32,000 nucleotides of DNA from Candidatus Electronema halotolerans (GTDB lineage: Bacteria > Desulfobacterota > Desulfobulbia > Desulfobulbales > Desulfobulbaceae): the NCBI GenBank assembly GCA_942493095.1, contig OW818675.1:2610001-2642000 (forward strand), written 5' to 3'. The position numbers and the translations under genes are program-made. Every line of letters begins with the position of its first letter. Within the stretch, counting starts at the first letter, position 1. Under the pieces are notes generated by a model. The model was not told the DNA's origin. It saw only the letters and a list, made by a program, of their open reading frames with translations, and did not search any database. Below are positions 8,657-17,896 of the stretch, piece after piece.

Positions 8657-11068
8657 TCACCTCCCCATCAGGTCCATGCCAAAATCCGCGCCAATATTGG
8701 CGAGCTGAAAGAGTATCGTGATCTGCTCGTTGTCCGGCGTGGTCTCCGCGCCCAGCTCCACAGACCAGCAGGCCGGGTGATAGATCAGGCGGAACCTTTC
8801 CTGCACTGTGACCGAGTCTTCCAAGGATTTTTCCAGCGAATACCCGGCGGAAACATTGTAAATCAGAGAAATCAGCGTGGAAAAACGGAGTGAATTAGTG
8901 TCCTCGCCCCAGTCGTTTTTATAGTACAGATAGTCAAACGAGAGACTGTCGCCCCGGCTGCTCCAGTAATCAGCTTCTGCAACATGCGAAACAAAGTCGC
9001 TGTCATAGACATCCCAGTCTGTGCTGTATTTGAGCATGATATTGCTCTTGGGATACCAGGCGGTTTCCAAATTCACAGGCAGGAATGGCTCGTCATCAGC
9101 CTCGCTGCGGAGATCATAGCTCTGCTGAAGTTTGATATAGCCGTAGTCCCGCTCAAACTCCTCGTTGTTCGCCTTGAGGCCGGAGATGGTGAAGAAGTTC
9201 CTGAGACCATAAGTGATCAGGTTCTGATTGGCAAAGCTGTCAACCGAATCAAACTGCGGCAGTTCCTGATCATCATCTGTGACATAGATGTATTTGACAA
9301 AAGGACGGAAGATATGACTCCAGCCGCTGTTCATACTGCCGAAATCCTTGCGCATCAAGGTGGAAATCTCGGTTTCAAAGCTGCCGAGAACGCGGTTCTC
9401 CGAGCTGCTGTCCTGCCATGCCTCGTCGCCATTGTCGTCAATCGAATACATGGTGTCCCGGACACCCACAGCGACCGAGGAGTCAAGATACTGCTTCAGC
9501 AGCGGCACTGCCGCTGTCACTTTCGGATACAGATCAATCCGCTGCGCGCCCACACCCTCCTCGCGCCAGTAATTGACATATTCTGTCTCCCAAGACAGCT
9601 CGGTTTTGATCGCATCATACAGTGACAAACGGCCATCATGCTGAATCTGCGGCAGCTTCCAAAGGGCGGTGGAATCCGCGTCGCCTGCGGCAAGATCATC
9701 AACCCCGACAATTTTTCCTTTCAGCGACAGGCCGTTGTCCCATGTGCGCAGTACTTTCAAACTGTTGGTGCGCTGATCCACGGTCCTGTCCTGTAGGCCC
9801 CGGCCAAATTGTTCAAGAAAATAGCGGTCGCTCATGGTCAGGCCGGTGCGGCCAAAATCAAACTCGCTCAGATAATCGCTGTCTGAGAGCGTGTCCAAAT
9901 CCAGCCGGGCCGTCCATTGGCCAAAATCTTGGTCCGCCTTGGCCCGCAGCCAGTAGCGGTTCTGGTCTGTGTAGGTGTATCTGCCTTCCGCATCTGCGTC
10001 GTCAGAGAGGAAGTTGGCCATCACAGCTCCTTTGTCTCCCTCAGTCAGCATGTAGCGGCCCTCAACCCCGGCCATGAAGCCCCGGTTGGTCAGGTAATGC
10101 GGATAGAGGGTGATGTCGCTGCTCGGTGACAGGTTGATGAAAAACGGCAGCTCCAAGCCAAAACCGTTTTTGTCTGAGATGGAGGCCAAAGGAAAAAGAA
10201 AGCCGGTCTGCCGGGTCCGCTTGGCAGGCAGAATCATGATCGGAGTGTAGAAAACCGGCACATCTTTGATGCGGAAAGTGGCGTGCTTGAGATAGGCATA
10301 GCCGCCGTCCGTGATGTCCGCTTCTGAAGCGGCAAAGCTCCACGGCGGCACTTCGCCATCCTTGAGCTTGCAGGTGATGATCCAGCCGTCCTCAATATGA
10401 TAGGTCAGATCACCGGTTTTCTCCAGCACCCGGCCTGCTAAGTGCATGTCCTTGTATTGGCGGATGATGGCCGCGTTATCAAAGGTGCCGGTCTCATCCT
10501 TGAGGCGGACAAAGCCGCCTTCAGCGACAAGCTGATCCGGGCCGATCTCAATAAAGACATGGCCGTCCATTTTGACGGTTTCCTTTTCCGTGTCATAGAG
10601 CATCCGGTCTGCCTTGATGGTGCTCATGACCTGGGACACGGTCACGGTCTCCCCTTCCTGGCCAGCATCTGCACTGCCATTTTCGCTGATCACCGGCACG
10701 GTCTTAGACATTGCCAGCGGGTCGTCAGCGTTCGGCTCCGCGCTGGCAGCGAAATCCGGTTCTGCTCCCGCATCAATGGCTGCAGCCTTGATTTCCGCTG
10801 TCGGCCCGGCCTCAGCACCCAAGAGATCACTCCAGCCGCTCTGCGCCTTTTCTTCCTGTTTGCTGCCAGTCGTCTTTTCAATTTTGGTCAGCACCACATT
10901 GCCCTCGGCAAGGATGCTGGGCGGATTTTCGTATCTGGTCATTTTATCCGCATGGATTTCCCACTCCAAGGCTTTGACAGACTCTGCCGCCGCATCTGCC
11001 GGAGGCAGGATGGCGGAGGCGCAGCAGGCAAGCGTAATGACCGGAAAAAGATATCTGGAAGAATGCAC
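8657..11068 (-). CDS. lptD: LPS-assembly protein LptD
   Basis: ORF 8657-11173. The GTG at 11068 begins a signal peptide (VHSSRYLFPVITLACCASAILPPADAAA) with AAGGAG upstream. OstA-like N-terminal domain and beta-barrel. Confidence 0.85.
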   Translation of the reverse strand: MHSSRYLFPVITLACCASAILPPADAAAESVKALEWEIHADKMTRYENPPSILAEGNVVLTKIEKTTGSKQEEKAQSGWSDLLGAEAGPTAEIKAAAIDAGAEPDFAASAEPNADDPLAMSKTVPVISENGSADAGQEGETVTVSQVMSTIKADRMLYDTEKETVKMDGHVFIEIGPDQLVAEGGFVRLKDETGTFDNAAIIRQYKDMHLAGRVLEKTGDLTYHIEDGWIITCKLKDGEVPPWSFAASEADITDGGYAYLKHATFRIKDVPVFYTPIMILPAKRTRQTGFLFPLASISDKNGFGLELPFFINLSPSSDITLYPHYLTNRGFMAGVEGRYMLTEGDKGAVMANFLSDDADAEGRYTYTDQNRYWLRAKADQDFGQWTARLDLDTLSDSDYLSEFDFGRTGLTMSDRYFLEQFGRGLQDRTVDQRTNSLKVLRTWDNGLSLKGKIVGVDDLAAGDADSTALWKLPQIQHDGRLSLYDAIKTELSWETEYVNYWREEGVGAQRIDLYPKVTAAVPLLKQYLDSSVAVGVRDTMYSIDDNGDEAWQDSSSENRVLGSFETEISTLMRKDFGSMNSGWSHIFRPFVKYIYVTDDDQELPQFDSVDSFANQNLITYGLRNFFTISGLKANNEEFERDYGYIKLQQSYDLRSEADDEPFLPVNLETAWYPKSNIMLKYSTDWDVYDSDFVSHVAEADYWSSRGDSLSFDYLYYKNDWGEDTNSLRFSTLISLIYNVSAGYSLEKSLEDSVTVQERFRLIYHPACWSVELGAETTPDNEQITILFQLANIGADFGMDLMGR

Positions 11069-11267
11069 GAGACGCGCTCCTTGTTCCAAAGAGAAGAGAA
11101 TGATTATAAAATTCAGAAAAGGTTCAGTGTCAAACTTACGCTCCCGCATGGCATGTGTCAAGGGAAAAGGCACAGCCAGACTGCGCAGTTTGCTCTTGCG
11201 CCTGCTTACTGCGGTTGCAGATGAAGTTTGCGGACAGACAAAGCCGGGGCTGCTGGTGAACCGCAGC

Positions 11268-12959
11268 TCAAGCCACCCTAAAAACCTCCTCCAAAGTGGT
11301 CTTGCCTTCCAGCACCTTGTGCAGGCCGTCCTGCCGCAGGGTGCTCATCGGATATTCCGCATCAGCCACGGCAGCCCGCTTGATCTGCCCGGCATCCGAA
11401 GTGCTCAACATCAGGCTCTTGATATGCTCTGAGAGCACCATCAGCTCATAAATGCCCTGCCGCCCCTGATAGCCGGTGTGCAGGCATTCTTCGCAGCCCT
11501 TGCCCCGATAGAGCGTCGCATCATGGAATTCCTCCCACGGCAGATGCAGCTTTTCAATGTATTCTTTCGACGGCTTGTAGGCCTCCCGGCAATGCGGACA
11601 GATCCGCCGCACCAAGCGCTGGGCCATGATGGCGTTGACTGAAGAGGAGACCAGAAACGGCTCCACGCCCATGTCAATCAGGCGGGTGATCGCGCTGGCC
11701 GCGTCGTTGGTGTGCAGGGTGGAAAAGACTAAATGGCCGGTCAGGGCGGCCTGAATAGCCATTTCCGCCGTCTCCATGTCCCGAATTTCACCGACCAGAA
11801 TGATGTCCGGGTCCTGCCGGACGATAGTGCGCAGACCATTGGCAAAGGTCAGGTCAATCTTGGTGTTGACCTGCATCTGGCTGATGCCGTTGATCTGGTA
11901 CTCAATCGGGTCCTCCACCGTGATGATGTTGACATCCGGGGTGTTGAGCACGGTCAGGGCGGAATACAGGCTGGTGGTCTTGCCGCTGCCGGTCGGGCCG
12001 GTGACCAGAATGATGCCGTGCGGGGCCTTGATCAGCTGGAGCAGGGTCTGCAAATCTTTGGGAGCCATGCCGAGCTGCTCCAAGGAAAGCAGGACATTGG
12101 ATTTGTCCAACAGGCGCATGACGATCCGCTCGCCAAAGGCGGTGGGCAGGGAGGAGACGCGCAGATCAATGTTCTTGTCAGCAATGCGGATTTCAATCCT
12201 GCCGTCCTGGGGCAGCCGCCGCTCGGCAATGTCCATCTTGGCCATGATCTTGACCCTGGACATCAGCTTGGCCTGGACATGCTTGGGCGGAGTGAGCATG
12301 TCGTAGAGGATGCCATCGACCCGCTTGCGGATTTTGACCTTGTCCTTGAACGGCTCAATGTGGATGTCGCTGGCCCCTTCGCGGGCGGCTTGGGAGAGGA
12401 TCAGGTTGACCAATTTGATCACCGGCGCGTCGCTGGTGTCGTCAAGCAGGTCAGCGGTCTCCTCAATCGCGGAAAGAATCGCCTCTGGGTCGTCCTCGTT
12501 GATGTCTTGCAGAACTTGATCTGCCGCGCCTTTGCTGTCCCGGTCATAGGCCATGTTGATGGCCACAAGAATTTCATCGGCAGGGGCAAGGCAGGTCGTA
12601 ATGCCCTCAATATGCAGGACCCGCTGGAGGTCATCAAGCTGCTGAAAATAAATGGGATCAGACAGGGCAATAAAGGACTCGTCCGGGGTGGCCACCGGCA
12701 TCATCTTGAACTTGCGGAGAAAGCTGATCGGCACCTTGTCGGTGAAAAACGGGCTAGGATTGGGCGGCAGGGACATCCTGATCTCCAAGCCGAACTGCAT
12801 GCTCACCGCCCGCAGCAGCTCCTCTTCGGAAATCTTTTTCTGCTGCACCAGAATCCGGCCCAGCCGCCCGCCTTTTTCCTCCTGCACCTTGAGGGCCGCT
12901 GCTAAAGACTCCTCTTTCAGACCGAACGACTCGGTCAGTATTTCGCCAAGCTGTCTCAT
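11268..12959 (-). CDS. gspE: Type II secretion ATPase GspE
   Basis: 563 aa; GPTGSGKTTSLYSALTVLN, Zn-binding CPHC...CEEC, N-terminal MshEN-like domain. Confidence 0.92.
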   Translation of the reverse strand: MRQLGEILTESFGLKEESLAAALKVQEEKGGRLGRILVQQKKISEEELLRAVSMQFGLEIRMSLPPNPSPFFTDKVPISFLRKFKMMPVATPDESFIALSDPIYFQQLDDLQRVLHIEGITTCLAPADEILVAINMAYDRDSKGAADQVLQDINEDDPEAILSAIEETADLLDDTSDAPVIKLVNLILSQAAREGASDIHIEPFKDKVKIRKRVDGILYDMLTPPKHVQAKLMSRVKIMAKMDIAERRLPQDGRIEIRIADKNIDLRVSSLPTAFGERIVMRLLDKSNVLLSLEQLGMAPKDLQTLLQLIKAPHGIILVTGPTGSGKTTSLYSALTVLNTPDVNIITVEDPIEYQINGISQMQVNTKIDLTFANGLRTIVRQDPDIILVGEIRDMETAEMAIQAALTGHLVFSTLHTNDAASAITRLIDMGVEPFLVSSSVNAIMAQRLVRRICPHCREAYKPSKEYIEKLHLPWEEFHDATLYRGKGCEECLHTGYQGRQGIYELMVLSEHIKSLMLSTSDAGQIKRAAVADAEYPMSTLRQDGLHKVLEGKTTLEEVFRVA

Positions 12960-15448
12960 GGACGACCGGTTTTTTCCGCCTGCGCTTTCTTGGCCTCTTG
13001 CAGCACCGCCGCATCAGAGCCGGGCGCAGGCTCCTTGATCGGTTCGACCGTCTTCTGGGAAGTTGCTTTCTTCAGCGGCTCAACCAGCTTTTTCAGCGGT
13101 TCTTTCTGCTGTTCAGGTGCAGCAGACTTGCGCAGCCCGGTCTTCATCGCATCCCATTTCAGCCGCCGGATGCGGGCGCGGGCGGTCTGGAGCAGGAAGG
13201 CATCTGTCTCCTTGTCAGCCAGCTCCAGCACCTGCTGATAGGCCTCAATCGCCTGTTCGCTCTCGCCCTGCCGCTCCTGCGCGTCTGCCAAGTTGATCAG
13301 GGCGTAAGGATTTTCCGGCGCGTTTTTCAGGGCCTGTAGAAAATATTTCTCCGCCGCCTTGTACTCTTTGTCTTGCAGCTTGGCAAAGCCCTGGTCAAGG
13401 AGCAGATCAGCATGTTTCTGACTTTTGTCATGCCGCAGGAGTTTCTCTGGCACCGTGCCGCCTCCTTCCTTGACCTCCTCCATCTTGTCGCGCTTTTTGT
13501 AGTAAATGTCAGCCAATTCCGGCGAGCTGTCCACAATTCTGGGGGCGATGAAGATGAACATGTTGGTTTTCCGCTTGCTGCTCTCGTGCGTCTTGAAGAG
13601 CCAGCCCAGCACCGGCACGTCGCCGAGCAGCGGCACCTTGTAGTCGCCGGAAGTCGCGTCCTGACCAATCATGCCGCCGATCACGACAATGTCCTCGTTG
13701 TGGACCACCACGCTGGTGGCCGCGCTCCGCTTGTAGGTGGTGGGCGTGGCCACGCCAGCCTCGCTTTTCAGGCGGGTGACTTCCACCTCAATGTCCAAGC
13801 GGAGCAGGTTGGCCTGATTGATCTGCGGGGTGATCTTGAGGGTGGTGCCCACGTCCTTGTACTCATAGTTGGTGTAGTCCTGGGTGCTGCCGGTGGTGGA
13901 ACTGTTCTTGCTGGTGATGTAGGGCACATTCTCTCCCACCGTGATGCTGGCCTCCTTGTTGTCGGTGGTCAGAATCTGCGGCGTGGCAATGATATTGATA
14001 TCCGAGTCCTTCTGAAAGGCATTGACCACTGCGCCAAGATTGGGGAAATAGGTGCCGCCGATTTTGACTCCCTTTTTGAGAATGCCGAGCGTGGCTCCAG
14101 CAGCCATGCCTGTCGTGCCTTGGGCAATGCCGTTGATCAGGCCGAAACTGTTGTCCGTGAAGCCGGTGCCCAAGGTGCCGGTCTCATCATGGAAGCTGCC
14201 CAAGCCGCCCCATTCAGCCCCGATGTCAAACTGCTTGTCAATGGAAACCTCCATGATCAGGGCTTCGAGATAGACCATGCGTCTTGGTATGTCGAGCTGC
14301 TTGATGACCTTCTCCAGCAGCCGGTATTCGTCTTTGGACGAGGTGATGATCAGGGTGTTGGTTTCCGGGTCAGCCGTGATCTTGATGTCATCGGACAGCT
14401 CCACCGAAGAAGCAGTCGAGGCGGTCTCGCTCTCTGCCTGCCCGGCGGCGGTGTTTTTTTTGCTCTTGGCATCAGCAGGATTCTGCCGCACCACTTTGTT
14501 GTCGTCTGTCTTGCCGCTCTGTTTGGTCGGCAGATTAGTCAGCACCTTGACCAATTCCTCGGCATCAGCATGTTGGAGATAATAGACATGGATATTGCCG
14601 CCTTCTGTGGTCACTTCCACATCTAACTGGGCCAGCAGGCTGCGCAGCTTGTCAATGTCCTCTCTGGGCGCAAAGACGATCAGCGAGTTGGTGCGCTCGT
14701 CAGGAATGATTTTGACGGTGGCGGCCTGCGTCCGCGATGTCCTGCGTCTGACCGCCCGTGCCTGCGTGAAAAGCTGGCCTATGGATTTGCCAATGCTGGC
14801 GGCTGAGGCGTATTTCAGCGGAATGATCTCCAGTTCCTCATCTTCGGAAGGCACATCCACAGCCTCAATAATTTCCAGCAGCCGGTTGATGTTGGCCAGC
14901 GCATCGGTGATGACCAAGAGATTGGCATTGCTGTCCGCCAGCACCATGCTGGTTTTTGAGACCAAGGGCTGGATGAACTTTCTGATCTCCTCTGGGTCGG
15001 CATAGGCCAGCCGGATAATTCTGGTGACAAATCTATCATCAGCGCGGCGGCCCTCATCCTTGAGCACAGTGGGAATGCTTTTTGAGCGGGCCTGCACTGC
15101 CGGAACAATCTTGATCACTGAGCCGCTTGGCACGGTGGCGTAGCCATGCACCTCCAGCACGGATTCAAAGACCCGGTAGGCATCCTCAACCGAGATTTTA
15201 TCCGGGCAGATGATCGTCACCTTGCCTTTGACCGCCGGATCAACAATGAAGTTTTTCCCGGTCATCTCGCTGATCAAATTGATCAGGACATTGATGTCAA
15301 TATCAGGAAAGTTGATCTGGACAAACTGCTGCTTGGCCGGTGCAGTCTTGTCTGGAACAGGCGCGGCGGCCAAGAGCGACAGGCAGAGCAGCAGCATGGC
15401 CAGGACGGCAAGAGAACGGCAGAAGGTGGCAATATATTTCATAATCAA
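12956..15448 (-). CDS. gspD: Type II secretion secretin GspD with C-terminal TPR-like extension
   Basis: 830 aa; N0-N3 and secretin domains, VVIGGMIGQD; extension AAEKYFLQALKNAPENPYALINLADAQERQGESEQAIEAYQQVLELA. Confidence 0.92.
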   Translation of the reverse strand: MIMKYIATFCRSLAVLAMLLLCLSLLAAAPVPDKTAPAKQQFVQINFPDIDINVLINLISEMTGKNFIVDPAVKGKVTIICPDKISVEDAYRVFESVLEVHGYATVPSGSVIKIVPAVQARSKSIPTVLKDEGRRADDRFVTRIIRLAYADPEEIRKFIQPLVSKTSMVLADSNANLLVITDALANINRLLEIIEAVDVPSEDEELEIIPLKYASAASIGKSIGQLFTQARAVRRRTSRTQAATVKIIPDERTNSLIVFAPREDIDKLRSLLAQLDVEVTTEGGNIHVYYLQHADAEELVKVLTNLPTKQSGKTDDNKVVRQNPADAKSKKNTAAGQAESETASTASSVELSDDIKITADPETNTLIITSSKDEYRLLEKVIKQLDIPRRMVYLEALIMEVSIDKQFDIGAEWGGLGSFHDETGTLGTGFTDNSFGLINGIAQGTTGMAAGATLGILKKGVKIGGTYFPNLGAVVNAFQKDSDINIIATPQILTTDNKEASITVGENVPYITSKNSSTTGSTQDYTNYEYKDVGTTLKITPQINQANLLRLDIEVEVTRLKSEAGVATPTTYKRSAATSVVVHNEDIVVIGGMIGQDATSGDYKVPLLGDVPVLGWLFKTHESSKRKTNMFIFIAPRIVDSSPELADIYYKKRDKMEEVKEGGGTVPEKLLRHDKSQKHADLLLDQGFAKLQDKEYKAAEKYFLQALKNAPENPYALINLADAQERQGESEQAIEAYQQVLELADKETDAFLLQTARARIRRLKWDAMKTGLRKSAAPEQQKEPLKKLVEPLKKATSQKTVEPIKEPAPGSDAAVLQEAKKAQAEKTGRP

Positions 15449-15503
15449 ATTCGCTTGATAAAAACAGATAAGCTGTTGGCGGAACAGAACCTGCTTCCGG
15501 TCA

Positions 15504-16409
15504 TTACATGGGCGGCAGCAGCGGCTCCTCGCCTTCCATATTTATGGGAAGTTCCGGCGCGCTGTCCTCAGCTTGGGGCTGTTCCAAACGCAGCACATCC
15601 GGCAGGTCGCCTGAAGGCTGCCCTATTTCCAAGCCCGGCAAATCCAGTGCGCTTTGGGGCTGCTCCAAACGCAGCTCTTCAGGCAGATTGTCTGAAGGCT
15701 GCTCGATCTCCAGTTCCGGCGGTTCGCCTGAAGGCTGCTCGATCTTCAGTTCCGGCAGGCTGATCCGCCGCCTGGGCCGTGTCGGCGGCCTGCGCTGGTT
15801 CATACGCCCAGTCCGTTCCTGAACAGGCGGAGGGATGAACCCTGCGGAAGGGGAGGAACTGGCGCTGCGGGTGAACGTTTTCTCGTTCGGCTTGGGCATT
15901 TCCAGCACTTCCAAGGCTCCGTTGACCTCCAAGGTGATCTTGTTCCAGTCAATGCTCTTGATCACCGCGCCCTGGACACCATCACCAACCCGGAGAAGAA
16001 GCTGCTTTCTGTTGCCAGCCACATTGTCAACCACAATTGCTCTGGCACTTTCCGGGCTGCCGGTCACAGTGCCTGCCAAGGTCAGATTAAGGCGGGTGGG
16101 CACGACTTCCGGCTCTGGCTCCGGTTCCGGCGGTTTCTGCACGACTGCGGCTGCTCCCCCTCCGGCCTGAAAAATATCCCGACGGACAATGATCTGAAAG
16201 TCCTGTCTTGGTGCGGCTGACGGCGCTGCAACTGGCTGCGGCTCCGCTGCCGGACTGACCGATTCGGCAGCGGCAGCTCCACGCTGGCTGGCAGTCAGCG
16301 GCACGCAGCTCATCTGCTGGAGTTCTTTTTCCAGATACTTGTAGCCAAAATGCACCGCAGCAGTCACTGCAATGAAGATCGCCGCCAATGTCGCCGCTGT
16401 CCGCATCAT
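15504..16409 (-). CDS. gspC: GspC-like type II secretion protein with repetitive C-terminus
   Basis: 301 aa; single TM, RRDIF and LNLTLAGTVTGSPESARAIVVDN (HR-domain-like), within the T2SS operon. Confidence 0.75.
   Translation of the reverse strand: MMRTAATLAAIFIAVTAAVHFGYKYLEKELQQMSCVPLTASQRGAAAAESVSPAAEPQPVAAPSAAPRQDFQIIVRRDIFQAGGGAAAVVQKPPEPEPEPEVVPTRLNLTLAGTVTGSPESARAIVVDNVAGNRKQLLLRVGDGVQGAVIKSIDWNKITLEVNGALEVLEMPKPNEKTFTRSASSSPSAGFIPPPVQERTGRMNQRRPPTRPRRRISLPELKIEQPSGEPPELEIEQPSDNLPEELRLEQPQSALDLPGLEIGQPSGDLPDVLRLEQPQAEDSAPELPINMEGEEPLLPPM
15571..15765. repeat. In-frame 81-bp tandem repeat (27 aa), about 2.3 copies
   Basis: GGGGCTGYTCCAAACGCAGC recurs at 15575 and 15656. Protein repeats LPxLxIxQPSGxLPxxLRLEQPQ. 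Confidence 0.8.
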
Positions 16410-17353
16410 GGCTTCTTTGCCTTGTCTTGGAGCAGGCGGTTGAAATCAGGCGGCAGGCCTTTGAAGATGATGCCCGGCTCCTGCACCGTGCCGTTGAGCG
16501 TGAACGGCATCTTGTCCTGCCGGAGCTGCCGCTTGAGCATGTTGACCACCATTGGGCTGCCGAGCGAGGCGAGAAATTCCGGGCGGGGCAGGACAGCTCC
16601 TTGCAGCTGCACCGGTGAGCGGAAGACTGGCTCGGTCAGCCGGAGACTGCCGGCAAATTCCGCTGCCAGCAGCTTGGACTCCAACGTGCCGTCTTGCAGC
16701 CGCAAGGTCCCGCCCTGCTTGCTCACCTTGCTGCTGACCGCTGCAAAGGCCAGCTCCTTCATGCCCAAGACCGGCTCCTGCAAACTGACCGTGCCCTTGC
16801 TGACCGTGACCTTGCCCTCCAAGACTGCGAACAGGCCCTGCCGCCGATCCTGCCGACCGGCAAAGCTGGCCGAGAGGGTGCCGGAGAGCTTGCGCTTATA
16901 GGCGGCCAGCACCTTTTTCAGGCCTGGGCTGTCCAAACGGATGCCGCTGACCTCGCCGCTGTATTGCAGATTCTGCTTATCCTTGGTCAGGCCCAAGTTG
17001 CCGCTGATGCTGCCGTCCAAGAGGCGCACCGTGTAGCGCACCGACCATCTGCCGGTCTTTTGCCAGCCTGCCAGATCAGGCCGCAGGCTGATGCTTTCGG
17101 CAATAAAGAGCGGCTCTTTGCCTCCTTTCTCGCTGATGCTGATCTGGCTGAACCGGATATCCGCAGGCAAGGTCAGGCTGATGCCGCCGATTTGCCAGGC
17201 AAAGGCGGGCAGGAGCTGATTCAGTTCCGCCTCAGCCTTGGCTTTGACTGCCGCCTCTGGAAACTGGAGCCAGAGCATGAGCAGCAGCACGGCTGCGGTG
17301 TAGAGCAGATAGCCGAAGAGAGCACGGCCCGGCACAAGCTGGCGCAGCCGCAT
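16406..17353 (-). CDS. gspN: Type II secretion protein GspN-like
   Basis: 315 aa, N-terminal TM, AsmA/GspN-like beta-rich sequence, position in operon. Confidence 0.75.
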   Translation of the reverse strand: MRLRQLVPGRALFGYLLYTAAVLLLMLWLQFPEAAVKAKAEAELNQLLPAFAWQIGGISLTLPADIRFSQISISEKGGKEPLFIAESISLRPDLAGWQKTGRWSVRYTVRLLDGSISGNLGLTKDKQNLQYSGEVSGIRLDSPGLKKVLAAYKRKLSGTLSASFAGRQDRRQGLFAVLEGKVTVSKGTVSLQEPVLGMKELAFAAVSSKVSKQGGTLRLQDGTLESKLLAAEFAGSLRLTEPVFRSPVQLQGAVLPRPEFLASLGSPMVVNMLKRQLRQDKMPFTLNGTVQEPGIIFKGLPPDFNRLLQDKAKKP

Positions 17354-17356
17354 GAC

Positions 17357-17896
17357 TCAGTCTCCGCCCTCTCCAGCCTGCACCAGACTGACCACCCGCA
17401 GCACCGCATCCAGCCCGCCCTGCTCCTTTTTATTAGTTATGATGGCGATGCGCTCGACCGCAACAATCTGCTCCGGCACTTCGATCAGCTCCAGCAGGGC
17501 CACGAGCCGGTCCAAAGGCACGCCTTGCAGCTTCATCTCCACAGCCACTTGGCGCAGCTCGCCCTCCTCGTCCGTGTTGGAGGGTTTTATATAGAGGATG
17601 TTCTCCTTGACCTGCGCCTGCTCCCCTTTCTGCTCCAAAAAGGAAAACAGGCTGAACGAGGGCGAACGCCGGGCCACCCGTTCCCCCAAGCTGCTGCTCT
17701 GGCTGCTGACCTGCCGGACTTCCTGCTGCATGAGCCGCATGTCGAGCAAGGCCTTTTCCCGGCTGGCAATGCCGCGCAGCAGCTGCCTGCGCTCATCCAT
17801 GAGCGGAAACAAAATAAATTGAACCACGGCGAAGAGCAGCAGGGCGGTCGCGCAGATGATCAAAGCGCGGCGGTCTTTCTGACTGAGCTGGCGCAT
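17357..17896 (-). CDS. gspM: Type II secretion GspM/PilO-like protein
   Basis: 179 aa, N-terminal TM followed by coiled coil, between L- and N-like genes. Confidence 0.7.
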   Translation of the reverse strand: MRQLSQKDRRALIICATALLLFAVVQFILFPLMDERRQLLRGIASREKALLDMRLMQQEVRQVSSQSSSLGERVARRSPSFSLFSFLEQKGEQAQVKENILYIKPSNTDEEGELRQVAVEMKLQGVPLDRLVALLELIEVPEQIVAVERIAIITNKKEQGGLDAVLRVVSLVQAGEGGD

